Shown here piece by piece: positions 1-9,720 of a stretch of DNA of 57,596 nucleotides. Positions within the stretch are counted from its first letter, which is position 1; the number at the start of each line of letters is the position of its first letter. The stretch is from Candidatus Tayloriibacteriota bacterium. GTDB taxonomy: Bacteria; Patescibacteriota; Minisyncoccia; Phycocordibacterales; UBA6065. Location: positions 1 through 57,596 of the forward strand of contig JACRJQ010000002.1 in the NCBI GenBank assembly GCA_016215405.1, given 5' to 3'. The notes under the pieces were generated by a model. It had not been told where the DNA came from, did not search any database, and saw nothing but the letters and a program-made list of their open reading frames with translations. The translations under genes and the position numbers were made by a program.

Positions 1-1
1 C

Positions 2-3000
2 GAGTTAGGCAACATGTCCTTCGAATCCGACGCAGGAGTGCTCGCCTGGACCGATCTTCCTGTGACCTCCGCTTCTGCCCAGGGCGTAAAGCAGAGCTAT
101 ACGGCCCAGCTCAACGGCAACTCCATGCTCACCGTATACGGCGAGTCAGACGGCGTAGGGGGAGTGCAGAACCTCGGCGTGGGCATCGGCTCTACGACTC
201 CGTGGGGATATCTGTCGGTGAATCCGAATAATATCGGGTCTGGACGCCCGCTGTTCGCTGTGGGCTCGTCTACGGCGACGCAGCTTGTAGTGTCGACTGC
301 AGGTAACGTTGGTATCGGAACCACTGATCCACGAAACATCGGCCTTCTCATAGACAAACCTCAGAACTCGTTCGTCACGACGGACAGCAGCGCGAACGCG
401 TGGAACTACAAGGCGCAGCTTTTTATAAAGTCTGGTACGAGCGGCGGGAACGGCCTCGGGCTCTTCGTCGACAACACCGCTAACGCCCGTACCGCATACA
501 TCCAGGCGGGCCACGCAGACTATGCGCTCGCCTCGGCCGTCTCGGATTCCGAGCTCGCGCTCCAGCCGTTCGGAGGAAACGTCGGCGTGGGAACGTCGAG
601 CCCTGCTCAAAAGCTCACTGTGGCGGGCGGAGGCTCGAACTTCATAGCTCTCGACCCTGCGGGAGGAAACGACGCGACCATCAGGCTCAACAGGGGCAAC
701 TCGAGCAACTATTATGGAACGCAATTCAGCCAGACGAACGCATGGACGACGACATGGCAGCTCGGTTACTTCGGGGGCTCGCCTAACGCCGCAGACCTGA
801 CCGTCTACGATTCAGGAACTCCTCGAGTAACCTTCGCTACGGGCGGCAACGTGGGTATCGGCACGACTACTCCGCAGGTGCCTCTGAGCGTCGCAGGCGA
901 GATACGCACGTCAGGAACTTCGCCTCTTCTGAGCTTCTATGACATGACGGTCGGCGGCACTTCGAGGAATTGGGCGATATACGGTAGCGACATCGCGGAA
1001 GGAGACCTCAATTTTAAGGTAAGCACTGCGGCCGGTGGAAACCCAACTTCCGGAACTTCTGTTATGTACTTTAACGGATCTGGCAACGTCGGCATCGGCA
1101 CGACGTCTCCATCCGCGAAGCTCGCGATCGCAGGCCAGACCTACTCCAATACCCTCAAGCAGGAGGGCGGATTCACGAGCCATCGAGGACAGGCAGTGGG
1201 TCTCCAGCTCCTCGGTCTTCAGGGCGGCTGGAATTCAGGTATCGGATTCGGCTCTACCAACGCGAACCCTGCCGGTGGATTCGTATTCGACAACGCGACG
1301 GGCGATCTCACATACTACTCGACGACCTCGACGAGCAACTTCCTCTCAGGCGACGCCGATCTCGTTATAAAGGCGTCGGGCAACGTAGGAATCGGGACCA
1401 CGAACCCTGGCAACAAGCTCACCGTCCTCGATTCTGCGACGAACAGCGGATTCTATGTCGCGCCGGCGTGCGACTCTACGAGCAAAGTCTGTCTCGGAAA
1501 CGGGACAGGGAACCGCGTAATCGTCCTCGACAAGACAGGAGGCAACGAGGTCATCCAGCTCTGGACGAATAACAACGAAAGGATGCGCATCGGATCTGAG
1601 GGTAATGTCGGCATCGGTACGTCGTCTGCGTATCCGTATCTTCTTTCCGTCGGCGGCACGTCGTCTGCGAACGGCGGTCTCATATTCACGAATTCCGGCA
1701 CCGAGAATACTCCGTCTGGTATCGTCGTAGACCAGGGCTCGAACGCTCGTGTCGGTCTTATAAAGATAGGAGGGCTCGAAGGAATGCTCACTCATACCGC
1801 GGCTGTGCCGTTCAGGATCGGTAGGACATCGGCGACGAGCGTCGCTTCGACTACGAGCGGCAACTTCACCACCGAGCTCCTTATCAGCACGACGGGTAAC
1901 GTCGGAATCGGCACGACGTCGCCGACGGCGAAATTCGAGGTGAACGGGAACACGTATGTGAACGGAAGCGTCGGTATCGGGACAGCGGCCCCTATCTCGG
2001 CTTTGCACATCGCGACGAACGCTCCTATCGTCCGTCTCGAAGACACGGTGACGACGATAAAGAGCAACATACAGTCGTCAGGAGGAATCCTCTCTCTTAA
2101 CGCGGATACCGGAAACGGCGCCGCGGGATCGAGAGCTATAACTCTTAACCTCTTCGGCACGGAATACGCCCGACTCAATAACTCTGGAAACTTCGGCATC
2201 GGAACTTCGTCGCCGTACGCGCGCCTCTCTGTCGCCGGTCCTGTGGTCGCCGACAGCTTTAACGCGACAAATACCGCCGCGACGTCCACCTTTGCCGGAG
2301 GATTGAGCGTAGGTAATGGGGCGCTCTCGTACGACTGGTCGTCGGGGGTCACGAGCATAGACAATCTCGAGCTCGGCTCCTTCATGTTCGATACGAACGC
2401 GGGAATGGTCTCGTGGGCAGATATGCCGGTGACCGCGACTGCCGCCGCGGGCGTTGTGCAGAGCTATACCGCTCAGCTCGACGGAAACCCGCTCCTCACC
2501 GTCTACGCGGAATCTGACGGGGCAGGGGGTATAAGGAATCCGCGCGTAGGGGTCGGATCGACCACGCCTTGGGCGCAGCTCTCCGTGAATCCGAACAATG
2601 CAGGCGGCCCTGCGTTCGCGATCGGGTCGTCGACAAAGACCGATTTCGTCGTGACGAACGGCGGTAGCGTGGGCGTGGGAACCACCTCACCTTACGCGAG
2701 GCTCTCTGTCGTGTCGAACGCGGCCAATACGGCTTCGGCGGCGGCGGCCGTGGTGGATACCTCGGTGCTGTGGGATAACGATGGCGCGCGCCTCCTCTCT
2801 CTCCGGTCGAACGGCGTCGAGAGGCTCGGCGTCGCAAGGAGCGGGACGGTGAGGATCGGCAGGAGCTCTGGCTCGTGGAGCACGGACGACGACGTCGAGT
2901 CCCTCATATCGGTCCGCGACACCTCTCAGGGCGATGCCGCTGTGAACGGCTTCGCATTCCTCACTTCAGCCGCTTCGAACTGGACGGGCTCGAACTACGG

Positions 3001-6000
3001 CTTCTTCAAGTCGCAAGGAGGCTGGACGGGCTGGACCACGACCCAGGAGACCGGCAACGCGGGAGCGACCACGTCGGCGGAGATATACACGGATCCATCC
3101 GATGCATACATAAACTTGGCTGTGAACGGCACTACGCGGACCCAATTCAATCCGACGGTAGCCGACGGGGCATCTGCTGTCGCGAATCTCCTCGATACAT
3201 CGACGAACCTAGCGAACGCATCGGCCAAGCTCCTCGCCGTCCGAAACGCTGGATCGGAAAAGCTCACCGTTCTCGCGAACGGAAACGTCGGAATCAATGC
3301 GACCGCTCCTGCAGCGCCTCTCGATGTTCAGGCCAACCTCACCGGGGGGACGGGCCTCATCGTTAGGAGGAACGCGGGACAGTATATCTCCGTAGACGAG
3401 TCGGATGGTTCATCGCACAGGATAACAGCCGTTTCGAGCACTGGTGCCGAGAAGCCTCTCACTATAAACAACAGCGTCACCGGCACGGGCGCCACGTCAA
3501 ATACATACACGGCTTTCCTTATCGATGACGTCGAGAGGATGAGGGTCGACTATACCGGAAAGGTCGGTATCGGAACTACAACTCCGGTCGATGCTCTTAC
3601 TATTCAGACGAATGACTCACACGAACAGCTCTTATTGTCCTCGACCCCAGGATCAGGATATTCGTCGAGGATGCGATTTATAAGCAATGCCGGCTATGCT
3701 TATAACAATTACATCGGCGCAGACACTCTTGGTTCGGGAAATGTTGGCCTCATATTTCAGACAGGTAACGGCTCTACGAACACGCGCATGGTGATCGATG
3801 TGAACGGTAACGTAGGAATTGGTTCCACCACTCCTTGGGCCCGACTCGGTATCAAAGGGTCAGACGCTTCTGCGAACACCCGCTCCTTCGCCGTATCGAA
3901 TTCGAGCGATACGAGCCTCTGGGAGATAAGGAACGATGGAAAGCTGCTCTCTCAGGGAAATTCCGGCAGGCTCTACTTCGACCTGAGCGGTACCGCTGGT
4001 ACGACGACATCGTCGCTTATAACCGTTAACGGACAATCGAACGCGACGACTCAGACCGTTCTCACCCTCGCCGATGCGGCAGGGAGGTCTCTCATTGCGA
4101 ACTTCAATAGTGACGGTAGCGGACAGAGAAATCTCTCGTTCAACGATGGAACGAACGGCGTGTTCAAGATTGCCGCTATCACCGGACATCCGGCAGGGAA
4201 CATGATCGACTACGTGACCGTCAATCCGACGATCAATCCTTCTTCGGGTAGCGGCTCCGGCTCCGCCCTTTTGGTAAGTCCGACGATCAATCAGACAGGA
4301 GGCGCTAACGGCACCGTATACGGTCTTCGTGTCAACCCAACGCTTACTTCCGCTGCGGATTTTCGCGCTGTCCAGATCGACAACAACGCTCAGTACGCGA
4401 TCTACCAGAGCGGTGCGAGCGCAAGGAACTACTTCGCGGGAAATGTCGGTATCGGAACCACTTCACCTGCTCAGAGCCTCCATATCGATTCAGGCTCCGC
4501 ATCGGTACTTCCGATAATGAGACTTTCGGGCGGAGGACAGGCGACGGCAAATCTCGGCAGGGCAAGTAACTTCTTTGCGGCAAATGCTGCAGATCTCGCG
4601 CTTTTGGCCCCGTCAGGACAAAAACTCTTCTTCGGTATAGGGTCAAGCGCTTCCGCGGTAATCGATTCATCTGGAAATTTCGGAATCGGCACAACCTCGC
4701 CGTCGCAACTGCTCTCTGTCGCTGGAAACATCTACTCTACCGGCTTCGCGAGGATCGCTGGCAGCAACGGCCTCTCTATCGGTAACGACACAGGCTTTAA
4801 CAGAGTACAAATATCTACGACCGGGTTTACCAGGCTTGGTGTTTTGAACTCAAGCAACGCCTATCTTCCTATTTCGGCCCAAGCGCTTAGCATCGGAAGC
4901 AATTACGGTGATTCTGCGCCGCCATCGAACGGTGCGATAATAGAAGGCAATGTTGGAATCGGCACGACGAGTCCTATAAGCAGGCTCCAGCTCGGTTCCA
5001 ACTGGACGGCGAATCCGGGAGGTACCAATACGGTGTATCTTTCAAACTCAGGTTTCGCGAATAGCAATATCGCTCCGGAGGCGATAATCACCACGTCGAG
5101 CTCTAACACGACTCCAGGCGCGTCGATCGGTCTCGCTCTCCATAATACCGACACCACCGCAGGAGGTTATTCGCCACTCTTCGTGTTTAGCAAGAGGGAA
5201 AGCGGAGGAACTGCATACAACTCCTCAATCGCGGCTATAGGCGCAAGGACCGTGACAGGTAGCGGTTCGGGCACTGACTGGATCGATGGTGATCTTATGT
5301 TCTATACCGCCCCGACGGCAGGCAGCGGTCTCCTCGAGAGGATGAGGATTGACCAAGCAGGAAATATCGGCATCGGTACGACCACTGCGACGAGCAAGCT
5401 CTATGTCACTGGAACGTCCGGTCTCACGCTCGATGCCGGTGGAGGCTCGGGTGCGGCGCAGTTAAGGTTCATATCGTATAACTCGAACGTGGCGACTACT
5501 GACACTCTCTCGACGAGCTTTACCGGTGGTCTCAAGCACACCACCGCATCGGGTCTCACCATCGGACCGAGCGGAGTGAATCCTGCTAACAACAACAGTA
5601 TGCTTGCGGTTGAAGGAAGCGCTGCTATCGGAGCAAACTATGCCGGGGCGACGACCTTTAGCCCGCCGACGAACGGTCTTCTTGTGGAGGGAAACGTCGG
5701 CATCGGAACGACTTCACCGTATCAAAAGCTTTCGGTTGTTGGTAATGTTGTCGCTGAGAGCTTTATAGCGACATCGACGACCGCAACCTCGACTATCGCT
5801 GGATTCCTTGACGTTAACGGCACAGGCTCGAACGCTACCTCGACATTCGCTTCTAACCTTTGGGTAAAGGGGACTCTTCGAACTGGTACGGGGTCGCTCT
5901 ATCTCAACGACACTTCGATAACGGCAGGAAACAGCGGATTCCAGCTCAACACGACCGGAAACTCCTATGTAAATAACGTCTCTGGAAATTTCGGGATAGG

Positions 6001-9000
6001 CACCAATAACCCTTCGACCGCGAAACTTCAGGTCGTGGGCAATGTCCAGAATTCCTATTCGTATACAGGCGGATCGAGCGCTATGGCGAACTCGGTAGAT
6101 CTCAGCTATATCGCCAACTCATCCGGCGGAGGATTGGGCGCCGGTCTCGGCGCTAACGTTAGCCTCTCTGGTACCGGCGGACCGCAGGTTCTCGGATCTG
6201 TCTACGGAAAGCTCAATCTGAGCGGTAGCCCGTCGGTCACCTATCTCGGCGCGGGCGTGTTCAATACCGGCATGTCGTCGGGTAGCGTTGGCAGCACGGC
6301 TGGAGTCCTCGGTATGGTCGAGCACTACGGAGGCACTGCGACGAACGCTTCGGCCGGTGAGTTCAAATTCCTCAGTGGCACCGGCGTGACGAACGGATAT
6401 GGCGTCAACATAGGCACCATCGGCGGCACGAACAAGTGGTCTCTCTACTCATCGGACGCGTCTGCTCCATCGTATTTCGCCGGTAACGTTGGCATCGGCA
6501 CGACGACCCCTGCCGCAAAGCTCGACGTTGCCGGCGCAATGAGGGGGCTTCAGACCGGCGCCTTCCTTGGGTATTGGTACGACGATACGGGAGCCAGCGG
6601 CACCTTCAACGGTCGTCACATCCACACCGAGCTCATAACGAATCCTAATTGGTCATCAAAGAGTGTGCAGGGCCAGTCGGACAATATAACCCTCAGGCTC
6701 GTCGGTTATATCAAGCCGGCCTATACCGAGACCTATACCTTCTACTCGACCTCGGATGACGGACAGAGGCTCTATGTCAACGGTCAGCAGCTCATAAACA
6801 ACTGGGCTTCTCAGGGTTCGACTGAAAAGAGCGCAACTATCGCGCTTACCGCAGGCAGGTGGTATCCGATCGTCGCCGAGCATTATCAGGGAACGGGTGG
6901 CGAGAGCTATAAGCTCGAATGGCAGTCGACTTCCCAAGCGCGCGAGGTTCTCGGCAACACTCCATCTACGATCGCATACTCGAACATCGATCCGATGCAG
7001 GCGCTCAGGGGACCGTTCCCTTCGGACGTCGTCACGGCTGGAAACTTCGTCGAGAAGTCTGTCACTCTCAACGCGACGACGACGGGCTGGCACAGGATCA
7101 TCTCGGCTAATCCTGGCGGTATATCGCAGTTTAGCGCCGGTACCATCAGGTACTATGCACTCAACCAATATGACGGCCAATACGTCGAAGGAGAATTCCA
7201 ATTCTCGGGCGCGGGTTACGGAGGAGCTTCGACCATATTCGCTACGAGAGGTTCTACGTACACGGCTGGACAGACCCCGGTCATATCTCAGGTGCGCGTA
7301 AGCAACAACAACGGCGACTCGGTGTATGTCGACGTGTACGTGAGCACGGTAGGCAGCCCTCAACCGATCATCTTCCTCGGTTACGGCCCGAAGATGCCTA
7401 ACTTCGTAACGCCGGTCTCGGGCGCTGTCGCAGGGCCTGGGGGCTTGAAGACGATCACCATGGGCGCAGGCGCTCATATTACGGATCTCAACTTTGAAGG
7501 CGAAGCCGCGAATGGATCCACGTATGGTCAGATGAATTTCGTAAATAACTACGCAAGCTCCGGACAGGCGTCAGCCCAGATCCGCGCCGTCGCGCTCGCC
7601 ACGGCGGGTTCCGGCTACGCTCCGGCGGGACTTACGTTCTATACCGGGTATAACAACGGTCCGACCGAGAGGATGAGGATCGACGACAACGGAAGGATCG
7701 GCATCGGGACGACAAGCCCTCAGAAAGTTCTCCATGTATTTGACAGCACCCAGGCCGTAGGCAACCCTACGATCAGGCTGGAGGGCCGTCAGGGAGGGTA
7801 TGGAGCGGGTATCGAGGCGGGCAGCGCTCTTACGACGAGCGGCGCGTATCTCTCGATGGGCAAGGCCGTATGGGACGGAGAGAACTCCTGGAACTCTACC
7901 GCGTCTACTCAAGATTCGTATTTCACCGTCCACACCACTTTGGATGGGACTTTGGCTGAGAAGTTCAGGATCACATCGAGCGGAAACGTCGGTATCAGCC
8001 AAAACTCGCCTGCATCCGGAGCGAACTCGGTATTCCTTCATGTTGGAGACGGAACGACTTCTCTTAACAAGGACGCGTACGTGAGGCTTCAGTCTGGAAA
8101 CGGCTCTGGAGGCGCGCGATCGTGGGATATGCACGTATCGGGAGGCGGCGCGTACTGGGAGGTGAAGGATACAGGAGGAAACGCAGGTATTCGAGCGAAT
8201 TACGCGAGCTCGATAGGGATCCAGTTCTATGGATACGGCGCGGGAACGCTGGTCACCGACGCGTCAGGAAATATAACGGCTTCTTCCGATGAGAGGCTCA
8301 AGGATATTCAAGGCGGCTATGCGCGAGGCCTCGCAGATATCATGAACATAGAGCCTATACTCTATAAGTGGAATGCGACTTCGACGTTCGATTCTCTGAA
8401 TACGTACGCGGGATTCTCTGCTCAGAACGTCCAAGCATCGATACCTGAGGCGGTCGCAACGGGGACGAACGGCTATCTCGGTCTCCAAGACAGGCCGATC
8501 ATCGCCTCGCTCGTAAACGCGGTCAAGAATATAAACCAGGTCATGAACGTCACCGAGGCTACCACGACGGCTCCTTCGTTCAAGATCGACGCATCCGGCA
8601 ATATCGGCATCGGCACTACGACGCCGGACTATAGGCTCCATGTCATCGGCGATGTGGCAGCCACCTCGTTCGTGAACATCTCTACGAGGGAGGCAAAGAA
8701 GGATATTGAATACCTCGGTAAGGAGGACAAGGCGTCGGTCCTCGATAGAATAAAGACCATCGGCGTAGCGCAGTATCATTACAATATCGAGGACTCCTCT
8801 GCTCCGCTTCGTCTCGGACTTATCGCCGAGGAGGCGCCGGTAGAAGTGCTCGCCGTGGGAGGAAAGGGCGTCGATATATATAAGCTATCCACGTTTATCC
8901 TCGCCGGAGTGCAGGAGCTCGGAGACAAGTTCGATTCGTTCGAGCTTACGCTGGGAGACCTCGCTTCGACGACCATGGCGCTCGCTTCGACGACGAACGC

Positions 9001-9718
9001 TCTCGATCAGAGGCTCGCCGCGGCGGAGGCGGCTCTCGCACAGGTCCTCGCCGAGAGAGCTTCGACGACGGCATCGACTTCGTCCTCGACCATAGCGATA
9101 ACTTGGTCGTCCGATATCGGCGCTCAGATACTCTCCCTCATCGAGAGCGCAGGCCTGCGATTCGCCAACGGCATCGCATATATAAGGGAGCTGGTCGCAG
9201 AAAAGCTGACCGCGAATGTCGCGTATATAAAAGACGCAGTCATAGAGTCCGCGACGGTGGATGCTCTCACCGTGGGATCGGCGGACAAGAGGCATGGCAT
9301 AACCCTCTATGACGAATATACCGGTTTGCCGTACTGCCTCAAGATAAACAACGGTATGACGCTCACGTCTCCGGGCGCGTGCTCGACGGTGCAGGGAAGC
9401 AGCGCGAATGGCGGCACGACCGAGAATCAGACAGAGATACCTACGGGCGCTCCTGAGGATCCGAACGCCACGACTACGGAGCAGACCTTGCCTGGAGAGA
9501 CCGCGACGTCCACTCCTCCTGTAGCGACCGAGGGCGAGACCGCCACATCAACGCCGTCAGAGCCTGCACCAGAAGCGCCGATCGGTACCGAGCCTGTAAC
9601 TGAGCCTGTACAGGAGGAGCCTTCGTCTGAGCCATCCGTGTCTACAGAGACTCCTTCCGTCGCGTCCGAGTCCACCCCTCAATCTGAGCCTGTTTCCGAG
9701 CCTGTAGCTACGCCTTAA
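2..9718 (+). CDS. Giant fibre-like surface protein (5'-truncated by window) with ~25 G(N/S/K/R)(V/F/I)GIGTTxP repeats, a PA14 domain, two peptidase S74-like chaperone domains and an acidic Pro/Thr/Glu tail
   Basis: 3234-aa ORF whose frame is open back to the window start. PA14-like motif YTFYSTSDDGQRLYVNG (~6730-6790); S74-like SSDERLK...GFSAQNV (~8280) and STREAKKDI...GLIAEE (~8680). Confidence 0.85.
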   Translation, partial: ELGNMSFESDAGVLAWTDLPVTSASAQGVKQSYTAQLNGNSMLTVYGESDGVGGVQNLGVGIGSTTPWGYLSVNPNNIGSGRPLFAVGSSTATQLVVSTAGNVGIGTTDPRNIGLLIDKPQNSFVTTDSSANAWNYKAQLFIKSGTSGGNGLGLFVDNTANARTAYIQAGHADYALASAVSDSELALQPFGGNVGVGTSSPAQKLTVAGGGSNFIALDPAGGNDATIRLNRGNSSNYYGTQFSQTNAWTTTWQLGYFGGSPNAADLTVYDSGTPRVTFATGGNVGIGTTTPQVPLSVAGEIRTSGTSPLLSFYDMTVGGTSRNWAIYGSDIAEGDLNFKVSTAAGGNPTSGTSVMYFNGSGNVGIGTTSPSAKLAIAGQTYSNTLKQEGGFTSHRGQAVGLQLLGLQGGWNSGIGFGSTNANPAGGFVFDNATGDLTYYSTTSTSNFLSGDADLVIKASGNVGIGTTNPGNKLTVLDSATNSGFYVAPACDSTSKVCLGNGTGNRVIVLDKTGGNEVIQLWTNNNERMRIGSEGNVGIGTSSAYPYLLSVGGTSSANGGLIFTNSGTENTPSGIVVDQGSNARVGLIKIGGLEGMLTHTAAVPFRIGRTSATSVASTTSGNFTTELLISTTGNVGIGTTSPTAKFEVNGNTYVNGSVGIGTAAPISALHIATNAPIVRLEDTVTTIKSNIQSSGGILSLNADTGNGAAGSRAITLNLFGTEYARLNNSGNFGIGTSSPYARLSVAGPVVADSFNATNTAATSTFAGGLSVGNGALSYDWSSGVTSIDNLELGSFMFDTNAGMVSWADMPVTATAAAGVVQSYTAQLDGNPLLTVYAESDGAGGIRNPRVGVGSTTPWAQLSVNPNNAGGPAFAIGSSTKTDFVVTNGGSVGVGTTSPYARLSVVSNAANTASAAAAVVDTSVLWDNDGARLLSLRSNGVERLGVARSGTVRIGRSSGSWSTDDDVESLISVRDTSQGDAAVNGFAFLTSAASNWTGSNYGFFKSQGGWTGWTTTQETGNAGATTSAEIYTDPSDAYINLAVNGTTRTQFNPTVADGASAVANLLDTSTNLANASAKLLAVRNAGSEKLTVLANGNVGINATAPAAPLDVQANLTGGTGLIVRRNAGQYISVDESDGSSHRITAVSSTGAEKPLTINNSVTGTGATSNTYTAFLIDDVERMRVDYTGKVGIGTTTPVDALTIQTNDSHEQLLLSSTPGSGYSSRMRFISNAGYAYNNYIGADTLGSGNVGLIFQTGNGSTNTRMVIDVNGNVGIGSTTPWARLGIKGSDASANTRSFAVSNSSDTSLWEIRNDGKLLSQGNSGRLYFDLSGTAGTTTSSLITVNGQSNATTQTVLTLADAAGRSLIANFNSDGSGQRNLSFNDGTNGVFKIAAITGHPAGNMIDYVTVNPTINPSSGSGSGSALLVSPTINQTGGANGTVYGLRVNPTLTSAADFRAVQIDNNAQYAIYQSGASARNYFAGNVGIGTTSPAQSLHIDSGSASVLPIMRLSGGGQATANLGRASNFFAANAADLALLAPSGQKLFFGIGSSASAVIDSSGNFGIGTTSPSQLLSVAGNIYSTGFARIAGSNGLSIGNDTGFNRVQISTTGFTRLGVLNSSNAYLPISAQALSIGSNYGDSAPPSNGAIIEGNVGIGTTSPISRLQLGSNWTANPGGTNTVYLSNSGFANSNIAPEAIITTSSSNTTPGASIGLALHNTDTTAGGYSPLFVFSKRESGGTAYNSSIAAIGARTVTGSGSGTDWIDGDLMFYTAPTAGSGLLERMRIDQAGNIGIGTTTATSKLYVTGTSGLTLDAGGGSGAAQLRFISYNSNVATTDTLSTSFTGGLKHTTASGLTIGPSGVNPANNNSMLAVEGSAAIGANYAGATTFSPPTNGLLVEGNVGIGTTSPYQKLSVVGNVVAESFIATSTTATSTIAGFLDVNGTGSNATSTFASNLWVKGTLRTGTGSLYLNDTSITAGNSGFQLNTTGNSYVNNVSGNFGIGTNNPSTAKLQVVGNVQNSYSYTGGSSAMANSVDLSYIANSSGGGLGAGLGANVSLSGTGGPQVLGSVYGKLNLSGSPSVTYLGAGVFNTGMSSGSVGSTAGVLGMVEHYGGTATNASAGEFKFLSGTGVTNGYGVNIGTIGGTNKWSLYSSDASAPSYFAGNVGIGTTTPAAKLDVAGAMRGLQTGAFLGYWYDDTGASGTFNGRHIHTELITNPNWSSKSVQGQSDNITLRLVGYIKPAYTETYTFYSTSDDGQRLYVNGQQLINNWASQGSTEKSATIALTAGRWYPIVAEHYQGTGGESYKLEWQSTSQAREVLGNTPSTIAYSNIDPMQALRGPFPSDVVTAGNFVEKSVTLNATTTGWHRIISANPGGISQFSAGTIRYYALNQYDGQYVEGEFQFSGAGYGGASTIFATRGSTYTAGQTPVISQVRVSNNNGDSVYVDVYVSTVGSPQPIIFLGYGPKMPNFVTPVSGAVAGPGGLKTITMGAGAHITDLNFEGEAANGSTYGQMNFVNNYASSGQASAQIRAVALATAGSGYAPAGLTFYTGYNNGPTERMRIDDNGRIGIGTTSPQKVLHVFDSTQAVGNPTIRLEGRQGGYGAGIEAGSALTTSGAYLSMGKAVWDGENSWNSTASTQDSYFTVHTTLDGTLAEKFRITSSGNVGISQNSPASGANSVFLHVGDGTTSLNKDAYVRLQSGNGSGGARSWDMHVSGGGAYWEVKDTGGNAGIRANYASSIGIQFYGYGAGTLVTDASGNITASSDERLKDIQGGYARGLADIMNIEPILYKWNATSTFDSLNTYAGFSAQNVQASIPEAVATGTNGYLGLQDRPIIASLVNAVKNINQVMNVTEATTTAPSFKIDASGNIGIGTTTPDYRLHVIGDVAATSFVNISTREAKKDIEYLGKEDKASVLDRIKTIGVAQYHYNIEDSSAPLRLGLIAEEAPVEVLAVGGKGVDIYKLSTFILAGVQELGDKFDSFELTLGDLASTTMALASTTNALDQRLAAAEAALAQVLAERASTTASTSSSTIAITWSSDIGAQILSLIESAGLRFANGIAYIRELVAEKLTANVAYIKDAVIESATVDALTVGSADKRHGITLYDEYTGLPYCLKINNGMTLTSPGACSTVQGSSANGGTTENQTEIPTGAPEDPNATTTEQTLPGETATSTPPVATEGETATSTPSEPAPEAPIGTEPVTEPVQEEPSSEPSVSTETPSVASESTPQSEPVSEPVATP

Positions 9719-9720
9719 TT

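Noticed and set aside
9560-9715. CRISPR or DNA tandem array (GAGCCTG repeats)
   Set aside because: These are in-frame codon repeats of a Glu-Pro-rich tail, without a constant repeat-spacer pattern; no cas genes in the window.
1-9718. Prophage tail region
   Set aside because: S74-like domains are present, but there are no capsid, terminase, integrase or other phage genes nearby.
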